Assembly: GCA_046290465.1 (NCBI GenBank)
Contig: JBKAGP010000001.1
Location: forward strand, 5,312,001 to 5,376,000
Reading direction: 5' to 3'
Length of the DNA: 64,000 bases
From: Planctomycetota bacterium
GTDB lineage: Bacteria > Planctomycetota > UBA1135 > UBA2386
Of the stretch, positions 49,301 to 60,337 are shown piece after piece; position 1 is the stretch's first letter; every line of letters starts with the position of its first letter. The notes below the pieces were generated by a model, which worked only from the letters and a program-made list of their open reading frames with translations, had not been told where the DNA came from and made no database searches. Both the position numbers and the translations under genes were made by a program.

Positions 49301-49739
49301 GGCGGTCGTCGCCGGCGCTCGCGTAGACCATGTCGTCCCCGCCCCCGGCGTCGATGAGGTCGTCGCCGCCGCTGCCGACGATCGTGTCGGCATTGTCGGA
49401 GCCGGTCACGCCTTCGATGTTCTGCAGGGTGTCGCGGCCCGCCGAGCCCGTAACCGTGCCGGCCCCGAGGTCGACCAGTACCGTGCCGCCAGCGCTGGAG
49501 TAGTCGACGATGTCGATCCCGTCGCCGCCGTCGAGCACGTCGTTGCCGTCGGCGCCGACCAGCACGTCGTTGCCGCCGAGGCCGGCAAGGTTGTCGTGTC
49601 CGTCGGTGCCGGTCACCGTCTCGTCGCCGTCGGTGCCGGTGATCCACGTCGCCGACAGCAGGATGCGCGGCTCGACGGTCTCTCCGCCGAGCGTCGGCTT
49701 GTCGTTCTTCTTTGGCGTCTGGTCGTCTTGCTTCGTCAC
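46377..49739 (-). CDS. LEPRxLL-leader exoprotein with RTX Ca2+-binding repeats and PKD/REJ-like Ig domains
   Basis: GTG start with GAGGA RBS; VEPRILLSATW; GGNDVLVGADGNDVLDGGDGID nonapeptides; APxADAG...WTQVSGP...PTFTAP repeats; C-terminal hydrophobic and basic tail. Confidence 0.88.
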   Translation of the reverse strand: MTKQDDQTPKKNDKPTLGGETVEPRILLSATWITGTDGDETVTGTDGHDNLAGLGGNDVLVGADGNDVLDGGDGIDIVDYSSAGGTVLVDLGAGTVTGSAGRDTLQNIEGVTGSDNADTIVGSGGDDLIDAGGGDDMVYASAGDDRLDGGAGTDTLSYVGFDGGVTVDLTDGNPQDTGAAGTDTILGFERVEGSAGDDTFVFSNPQAGAEYTVAGNRGTDTIDLSNYASTDAVISGKTITVSIDKDTSFVINYTGIASIQFSDMAAAAVADSDTGSAPVADAGANQVVSEGTEVTLDGGASFDADGDELKYYWTQVSGPSVTLNDATTSAPTFAAPEGLVNSSLEFELTVSDGENFTTDRVVVTVNADDDAPTADAGTDQIVDEGDVVTLTGLGSTDPEGQSLTYTWTQVSGPTVTLDDANAAQPTFTAPEGISNTSVGFELTVSDGTNVSSVDTVTVTVNADNDAPSSHAGADQSVDEGDVVTLNGLGSSDPEGQGLTYTWVQTGGPTVTLSDANAAQPTFTAPETTSSSSLTFELTVSDGTNVSSVDTVEITVGGDDDAPTADAGSNATVEEGDVVVLRGSGTDPEGQGLTYSWRQVQGPTVQLEDADSATTRFRAPESMRNTIVQFELTVSDGVNSSTDLVTFGIQADDDAPRIDAGDDQVVRRNQDVQLRARASDPENGTLSYQWRQIGGPSVDLQDGDSGAPTFTAPDLPEGTVLTFVAGVDDGTNQAFDTVTVVVAPNVGPQVTIDGVPDLASGAPGVIQANAADPDGDPLRFRWTQVGGPTARMPANDQPQLRFQAPEVDVDTTLTFQVEVFDGDRATIQVVNVQVQAATASAATPAPQPAPTTTDDASGGDTVDAATSERDEAADRIREAIQSSASNRLDDMLATAAGNSLDLDDRSDDDGSPGLLASVTLDADAGATSDDAGDNTAAGDEELRSSNLTGDASEAGLDSYYANLLEEPAAAATAAGTRIELPDLVLVEAGDAIELTARAAAEATAAELADARWTQVSGTPVDLDASGADGMLRIRTPELFVEEELVFEVEVWSGGERVVQEVTVQVEPVGMTSRSLSIDEHVESQQERANTDEEQGARGVGRIWGALLAFFGAQTGRRKRDS
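47240..48912 (-). repeat. Six tandem ~93-aa PKD/REJ-like domain repeats
   Basis: Units begin APVADAG, APTADAG, APSSHAG, APTADAG, APRIDAG and GPQVTIDG; near-identical DNA in units 2-4 (DPEGQ-LTY-W, FELTVSDG). Confidence 0.8.
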
Positions 49740-49753
49740 GGTCGGTCCTCGGT

Positions 49754-52450
<2,697 letters not shown>

Positions 52451-52458
52451 CTTGAGGT

Positions 52459-53436
52459 TCAACGCCTGGCCCTCCGTCGCTGCAGCTCCGGCAGCGCCGA
52501 GCCGAGGCTGCGCGACAGCGGCGCCAGCGCGCTCTCGGCGCACGGTTCGCTCAGCGGTCGGCCCTGCAGCTGGTTGCAGGCCTTGCGCAGGGCGACGTCA
52601 CGGTGTTCGCGCACCGGTCGCAGCGACTGGATACGCAGGTTGCGGTCCAAGGCCCAGCGCAGCGCGTGGCGTTCGATGTCGCGGGTGCCCTCGGTCCAGG
52701 CGACGCAGCCGAGGAACGTGTTGCCGCTGTCGTAGGCGTACAGCACCCTGGTCTGCAGCGTCTGGTGCACGCCGCCGCGATCGAGTTCGACCGGCGCGGT
52801 GCGGCTGGTGAAGCGGGCCGCGGCCGGGAACAGGTCGAAGCCGGTGGCCCGGTCGTGCAGCTTCTCGATGTCGTCGCGCCAGACGGTGTCGAGCACCGCC
52901 AGCGTCTTGGCGGCCGAGCGCAGGGTCGTGCGTTCGAGCGCGCCGAGGTCGGCCTTGCGCGGCTCGCCGCGGTGGCGGGCCAGCAGCTTGACGAGGTCCT
53001 GGAAGTCGGCGCTGGTGAGGTCGTCCGCGAACCGGCCGCGCTCGAGCGACTTGATGTTGCGGTTGCGGCCGCGCAGGTAGCGGAAGCCGACGATCCGGCG
53101 GTCGAGCGTGACGTGCCAGGCGACCTCGGTCAGGCCCCAGTCGGCCTCCTCGGTGCGGCGGTAGACCAGGCCGACCGGGCGGCGGCCGCGGAACGCGACC
53201 AGCAGCGTGTGCTCGCCGAGTTCGTCGAAGTGCACCTTGAACGGCAGCAGCCGCTCGATGCGCGCGCGCGCCTCGAGGCCGACGTCGCGCTCGATGCAGC
53301 GGTAGGCGTCGGCCTCGGGGAACGCGCGGAACACGATGCGTTGCATCTGCTCGCGCTCGCGCTTGCTCTGGGCGGGCAGCGCGGTCGCGGTCGCCACCAG
53401 CGCGGCCGTGGCGGCGGCCGCGAGCGTGCGGGCCAT
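52459..53436 (-). CDS. Exported protein with two FMN-binding-domain-like modules
   Basis: Signal peptide ATALPAQ; repeated (A/L)FPxA...AxxxxxxxGxV...Wxxxxxxx(I) pattern resembling RnfG/FMN_bind folds; no SGAT motif. Confidence 0.5.
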   Translation of the reverse strand: MARTLAAAATAALVATATALPAQSKREREQMQRIVFRAFPEADAYRCIERDVGLEARARIERLLPFKVHFDELGEHTLLVAFRGRRPVGLVYRRTEEADWGLTEVAWHVTLDRRIVGFRYLRGRNRNIKSLERGRFADDLTSADFQDLVKLLARHRGEPRKADLGALERTTLRSAAKTLAVLDTVWRDDIEKLHDRATGFDLFPAAARFTSRTAPVELDRGGVHQTLQTRVLYAYDSGNTFLGCVAWTEGTRDIERHALRWALDRNLRIQSLRPVREHRDVALRKACNQLQGRPLSEPCAESALAPLSRSLGSALPELQRRRARR

Positions 53437-53515
53437 CTGACGAGTGAACGAAACCAAGGTATTTCCCTGGCTTCGAATCGGTTTGTGGCCGGAGCAGGTT
53501 TAGCCGGCCCGGGCG

Positions 53516-54286
53516 TCAGTTCGGGACGTTGTCGGACCCGTCGGTGGCAGCGGCGTCGTGCCGTCGTCCGTCCCGGATCCAGACACCGTCGACCAGCAGC
53601 TCGTGCGGTCGGTAGTCGGCCTTGTAGTGCATCGTTGCGGCACCCTCGACCCAGAAGCCGAGGTAGTAGTGCGGCACGCCGCGGCGCGCGGCCTCGGCGA
53701 TCTCGACCAGCACCGAGTGCACGCCGATGCTGCGGTGGCGTTCGTCCGGATCGAAGAAGTGGTAGACCGACGACCACGAGCGCGAGCTGCAGTCGAGCAG
53801 GCTGACGCCGACCAGCCGTGCGTCGACGAAGTAGCGCGCTTCGAGCGTGTCGACGACGCGGTCGTAGAACGAGGCGCGGAACTCGTGCTCTTCGTCGCTC
53901 TGGGGCGTGCCCGGATGCTGTGCATGCAGGTAGCGGCGGTACAGCTCGAACGACGCGGAGGTGAACTCCGGGACGCCGAAGCGCACCGTCACGTCGCGGT
54001 TGCGACGCAGCACGCGGCGCTGGCTGCGGCTCGGCCGGAACGTGTCGGTCGCGACCCGCAGCGGCACGCAGCGGCGACAGTCGGGACAGTCCATCGCGTA
54101 GAAGATCTGGCCGCTGCGGCGATAGCCGCGGTCCATCAGATCGTGGTAGAGCTCCGGTGGCAGCGTCTCCGCCGCAAAGCCGTACTGGCGCGCGCTGCGC
54201 CCCGGCAGGTAGGGGCAGTCGTAGAGCGGCGTGCGCGGCAGCTCCTGCCGTTCGAGCCAGCTCAGGAAGGCGCCGTCGTCGTGCAT
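53516..54286 (-). CDS. bpt: Asp/Glu leucyltransferase (bacterial ATE1 homologue)
   Basis: CPYLPG, GYRRSG, CPDCRRCVPLR, SRSQRR, SSVYHFFDP, YLGFWV and MHYKADYRP. Confidence 0.9.
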   Translation of the reverse strand: MHDDGAFLSWLERQELPRTPLYDCPYLPGRSARQYGFAAETLPPELYHDLMDRGYRRSGQIFYAMDCPDCRRCVPLRVATDTFRPSRSQRRVLRRNRDVTVRFGVPEFTSASFELYRRYLHAQHPGTPQSDEEHEFRASFYDRVVDTLEARYFVDARLVGVSLLDCSSRSWSSVYHFFDPDERHRSIGVHSVLVEIAEAARRGVPHYYLGFWVEGAATMHYKADYRPHELLVDGVWIRDGRRHDAAATDGSDNVPN

Positions 54287-54362
54287 CGGCGGCCACGGTA
54301 ACCGACGTTTCTTTGCACTGTGCGTTTGTCGCCGGCTCGCGTTGACGTTCTGCTAGTGCGCG

Positions 54363-56186
<1,824 letters not shown>

Positions 56187-56246
56187 CGCCGTTGCGCGCG
56201 TCGGCCCCCTTGCCGTGTCCGGGCCGGCGCGCAGAATGGAGCCGCC

Positions 56247-58193
56247 TTGAAGGAACGTCGCTACGTGCTGGCCGGCGCGCTCGTCGCGCTCGCGCTGCTC
56301 TTCCTGCTGCTGTGGTGGGGTGAGGGCGAGCCCGGCCGGCCACCCGCCGAGGAGCCGGACGCGCAGGCGGCGAGCCGTGCGCAGCCGCCGCCACCGGCGC
56401 CGCGGCCGCTGGCGGCCGAGCGCGAGGCGCTGGCGATCGAGCGGGTCGAGGACGAGCCGGAGCCGAGCGAAGAGCTGGCGCCGGACGAACTCGACCATCC
56501 GTTCGCGTTCCGGCTGCGGCTCAACCTGCGCGGCCGCTTCGGCGTGCCGGTCGCGGACGCGACCGTGTTCGTCGCGCCCGAGCAGTGCGGCTTCACGCGT
56601 TGGCCGGAGCCGTCGACGGGGCGCGGCCAGGTCGACCTGCGCTGGCGAGGCCGTCGGCGCACGATGGTGGTGACCGTCGCGGTGCTCGCGCACGGCGTGT
56701 TGCAGCCGATGCGACGCGTCGAACTCGAGCACGACGTGCCGCGCCAGCTGGCGCTCGGCGTGCGCTCGATGCAGCAGTCGGTGACCGCGCGGGCCAGGGT
56801 CGCGAGCCGTCGCGACCAGGACGTCGAACGCGACGCACGGCTCGTGCGGCGCGAGCGCGAACGGGTCAAGCAGGGGCGCATGGAGCGGCTCGACGAACTC
56901 GACATCCTGTGCGGCCGATCGATGCTGATGTTCGGGGCGTTCCGGTGCGTCGAGTGCCACGAGCCCGGCCGGGTCGGCGGCTACCGGGCGCTGTCGTCGG
57001 CCGGAGCGATGCGCACCGGGCTGCATCCGCACGCGGTGTTCCAGGACCTCGGGGCCCACCAGCGCGACGAGCGCGGCGTCGAACGCGAGCGGCGCAAGCT
57101 GGCGCGGCAGCTGGTCGCACAGGTGCAGCAGGAGTCGTCGGATCGCCGCGGCGGCACGCCGCGCGGTGGCTACGTGGTCGGCGTCGTGACCGACCTCGAG
57201 GGCCGGCCGGTCGAAGGCGTGCCGGTCGCCAGCGTCGACGAGCACGGCGAGCTGGTCCGCTCGACGCTCAGCGAAGAGGGCGGCCGGTTCCGCCTCGGCC
57301 CGTTCGAGACCGGACCCGTCAGCGTGATCGCGGCCGGCGGCCGCGCCGGCTTCGCGGCGACGCGGCTCTCGGTCGTCGCCGGGCAGAAGACCGAGTGGAC
57401 ACCGGAGCTGCGGCGGTTCCGGACCGTCGCCGGCACGGTGCGGGACGACCGGCGTCGGCCGCTCGAAGGCTGGTTCGTCGAACTGTCGCGCGACGAGGGC
57501 GAATGGGCGGCGGTCGCCCAGACCGATCGCGAAGGCGCGTTCGCGGTGCACGGCGTGCCCGGCACGGTGGTCACGTCGGTGTGGCCGCGCGACGCCGCGC
57601 GCGGCATGCCGGTGATCTACGGCACCGCGGCGATGGTCGACGCGCAGGAACTCGAACTGATGCTGCACCGCGACGTGCCGACGCGTGCCCGGCTGCGCGC
57701 ACACGTCGGCGTGCCGGCGGCGCTGCAGGGGGCGCGCGTCGACGCGCGGGTGCTGCAGGTCGAGACCGGGGTGGTCTCTCGCCTCGCTCCGGTCGGCCAC
57801 GAGGACGCGTTCGAGCTGCGGCTGCTGCCGCCCGGTGCCTACCGGCTGCAGGTCGGCGCCACCGGTGCCGGCTGGGTCGAGACCGGCGACGTCGTGGTCG
57901 ACGGTCGCGGCCTGTGGGACGTCGGCCGCATCGAGTTGCCGCGGCCGGGCCGCGTGCAGGTGCGCTGCGTCGGTGGCCTCGAGCCGCTGCGCGAAGGCCA
58001 GTTCTCGTTCTACCGCCGCACCGACGACTGCGACGTGCTCAGCCGCCATCGGCTCGTCGACGACGCGTTCGAACTGCCGCCGGGCGAGCACGTGCTGGTC
58101 TGGAACGACGGTGGTCGGCGCCGCGCGGTCGGCTTCGAGATCGTCGCGGGCGGCGTCGCCACCGTGGTGCTCGCAGCCGCTCGTTCGCGCTGA
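56247..58193 (+). CDS. Membrane-anchored carboxypeptidase-regulatory-like domain protein with CxxCH motif
   Basis: N-terminal TM; GVVTDLEGRPVEG...GRFRL and GTVRDDRRRPLEG...GAF repeats; CVECH at 56946-56960. Confidence 0.75.
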   Translation: MKERRYVLAGALVALALLFLLLWWGEGEPGRPPAEEPDAQAASRAQPPPPAPRPLAAEREALAIERVEDEPEPSEELAPDELDHPFAFRLRLNLRGRFGVPVADATVFVAPEQCGFTRWPEPSTGRGQVDLRWRGRRRTMVVTVAVLAHGVLQPMRRVELEHDVPRQLALGVRSMQQSVTARARVASRRDQDVERDARLVRRERERVKQGRMERLDELDILCGRSMLMFGAFRCVECHEPGRVGGYRALSSAGAMRTGLHPHAVFQDLGAHQRDERGVERERRKLARQLVAQVQQESSDRRGGTPRGGYVVGVVTDLEGRPVEGVPVASVDEHGELVRSTLSEEGGRFRLGPFETGPVSVIAAGGRAGFAATRLSVVAGQKTEWTPELRRFRTVAGTVRDDRRRPLEGWFVELSRDEGEWAAVAQTDREGAFAVHGVPGTVVTSVWPRDAARGMPVIYGTAAMVDAQELELMLHRDVPTRARLRAHVGVPAALQGARVDARVLQVETGVVSRLAPVGHEDAFELRLLPPGAYRLQVGATGAGWVETGDVVVDGRGLWDVGRIELPRPGRVQVRCVGGLEPLREGQFSFYRRTDDCDVLSRHRLVDDAFELPPGEHVLVWNDGGRRRAVGFEIVAGGVATVVLAAARSR

Positions 58194-58205
58194 GCCCGGC
58201 GAGCC

Positions 58206-58835
58206 TCAGCGCCGGTCGTCCGGCGGCGCAAGCACGAACCAGACCGCCTCGTAGAAGCTGCGCGCACCACGGAAGCCCGGCGCGCTGCCCGAGAACCACG
58301 GTGACTCCCAGTTGGCCGTCGTCGACACGCCGAAGAACGGCCGGATCAACCAGCACGTCTGGCCGCCGACGAGCAGCGACGCGAGCAGCCACGACGCGAC
58401 CAGCATGCGCCGCTGCGACCTGGTCGCGACCGCTTCGCCGAGCGCGTGGGTGCAGCGGTAGACGGTCAGGCCGCCGCACAGCGCGATCGCGACCACGTTG
58501 AAGCCGAGGAACGCCGGGAAGCCGCCGAGGTCGCGTTCGGTCTGCGGTTCCATCGTCAGCGACAGGAACGCCACGACCATCCCGAGCGACGCCAGCAGCC
58601 GCGCCGTGTCGCGGAACACCTCGAGCACGATCCGCTGCACGTCGAGGAAGCGCAGCGCCGCGCCGAGGAAGCGCGCCAGCACGAAGTAGCACAGCGCGCA
58701 GATCGTCGACGTCGACAGGATCAGCAGCGGGAACTTTATGAGGTTGCGGATCGCGTAGACCCAGCTGTTGCTCAGCCCGATGCTGAAGCCGTAGGCGGCC
58801 GAGGCCGCGACCAGCAACAGCACGGTCCGCTTCAC
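58206..58835 (-). CDS. Integral membrane protein, paralogue of the upstream gene
   Basis: GTG start overlapping the upstream stop; about five TMs; KFPLL and GGQTCWLIRPFFG motifs. Confidence 0.7.
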   Translation of the reverse strand: MKRTVLLLVAASAAYGFSIGLSNSWVYAIRNLIKFPLLILSTSTICALCYFVLARFLGAALRFLDVQRIVLEVFRDTARLLASLGMVVAFLSLTMEPQTERDLGGFPAFLGFNVVAIALCGGLTVYRCTHALGEAVATRSQRRMLVASWLLASLLVGGQTCWLIRPFFGVSTTANWESPWFSGSAPGFRGARSFYEAVWFVLAPPDDRR

Positions 58836-59551
58836 TCGAACATCCCGAGCGTGCTCGCCATCCGATAGCTGAGGAACACCAGCAGGATCTGCCAGCCGAC
58901 CCACAGCGCCCAGTTGTCGCGCAGGACGCGGAAGTCGGCGTCGACGAACAGGCAGCGGTTGAGGTGGCTCAGCGCCAGCAGCAGCGAGAACACCAGCAGC
59001 GTCACGCGCGTCGCGACCCCGCCGAGGCCGCCGTCGTCCGGCATGGTGACCTCGAGGAACCAGTAGATCGGCGCGAACCCGAAGGTGAACAGCGCCGCGG
59101 CCGCCGGGATCACCAGTGCGATCGCGAGGTTCTGCGACCAGTGCAGCTTGATGCCGAGGTAGCTGCCGAAGATCAGCAGCGACGGCACGCACAGCAGCAC
59201 CGAGCCGAGGAACAGCAGCGCGACGTGGCCGACCTTGCCCCAACCGTCGACGAGCCCGTACGGGATCGCGAACAGCGCGCTGCAGGCCAGCAGCGTCGCG
59301 ACCAGCGCGCGCAGGTCGCGGCCGGTCTTGAGGTTCTCGACCAGTCGGCGGCGCTCGCCGAGCACGACGTCGAGCATCCGGTACGGCCGCCGCAGCGACG
59401 CCGACAGCTCGGCGTGCGCGAACGGTTCTGCCGGCGGTTGCGCCGGTCGCTCGGGCCTCGTCCGCGACCGCGCCGGGGCGGCCTGTTGCAGCTTGTCGTC
59501 GTCGCCTGGCGTCGGAGTCGGCGGGGGAGTCGGCGGCGTGTCTTCTTCCAT
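58832..59551 (-). CDS. Integral membrane protein (Yip1-like topology)
   Basis: Pro-rich N-terminus and about five TMs; YG...FLGSVLLCVPSL...FAPIYWF. Confidence 0.72.
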   Translation of the reverse strand: MEEDTPPTPPPTPTPGDDDKLQQAAPARSRTRPERPAQPPAEPFAHAELSASLRRPYRMLDVVLGERRRLVENLKTGRDLRALVATLLACSALFAIPYGLVDGWGKVGHVALLFLGSVLLCVPSLLIFGSYLGIKLHWSQNLAIALVIPAAAALFTFGFAPIYWFLEVTMPDDGGLGGVATRVTLLVFSLLLALSHLNRCLFVDADFRVLRDNWALWVGWQILLVFLSYRMASTLGMFE

Positions 59552-59653
59552 GGCTGGCTTTGCAGGACAAAGTAGGGGCCGGATGACACGATGTCCACCG
59601 GCTCGCTAACAGGCCGCGGTCCGCGGTCGTCCCATCGTGCGGAGGCAACTCGA

Positions 59654-60229
59654 ATGCACAAGACCCTGACCACCGGGCTCTCTGCCCTGTTCGCCGCGCT
59701 GCTGGCCGGCCCGATGTTCCGCCCGACCGCCGACAGCGCGCCGCAACCGCCGCTGCTGCCGGGCCCCGGCGGCGTCGCCGCTGCGGTGACGACGTTCCTG
59801 GAGCGCCTCGACCAGGGCGCCGGCGTCCGCCCCCTGCTCGACGTCAGCGCGCACGATCTCGAGTTCGTGTTCGACGACGGCGCGATGAAGCAGGCCGGCA
59901 AGGGCGATGCGCGGGTGCCGTCGTTCCAGGAGCTGGGGCCGCGGGGTCCGTTCGCCGCCCGCACGACCGCGCAGTTCGCCGCGCAGCTCGGCAAGCTGGT
60001 CGCGACCGACGCCGGCGCCAGCCGCAAGGTGACGACGACCGTCGACCGCATCCGCGCCAACTGCCAGTCCGAGGCCTGCTCGCTCGCGACGGTCGAGTTC
60101 ACCCGCCGCTACGAAGTCGACGGCGCCGAGCCGGTCGAGCACCAGCTGCGCGCCACCGCGCTGTTGCGCTGGGAGCGCAACGAGCTGGGCGACTTCCGCA
60201 TCTACCACTGGCACGCGTCGCGGCGGTAG
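59654..60229 (+). CDS. Exported NTF2/SnoaL-like protein
   Basis: GGAGG RBS at 59641; signal-like N-terminus; C-terminal LRATALLR...FRIYHWHAS pattern. Confidence 0.65.
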   Translation: MHKTLTTGLSALFAALLAGPMFRPTADSAPQPPLLPGPGGVAAAVTTFLERLDQGAGVRPLLDVSAHDLEFVFDDGAMKQAGKGDARVPSFQELGPRGPFAARTTAQFAAQLGKLVATDAGASRKVTTTVDRIRANCQSEACSLATVEFTRRYEVDGAEPVEHQLRATALLRWERNELGDFRIYHWHASRR

Positions 60230-60337
60230 GTGGCAGGCCGGGCGCGGCCGCGCCGGCGGCCCCACCGCTGTCATCGGCGCCGGTTTTTCCGAGAATCCGG
60301 GCGCACTGTCGCGCCCGCTCGGCAGAAGCCGTCGACG

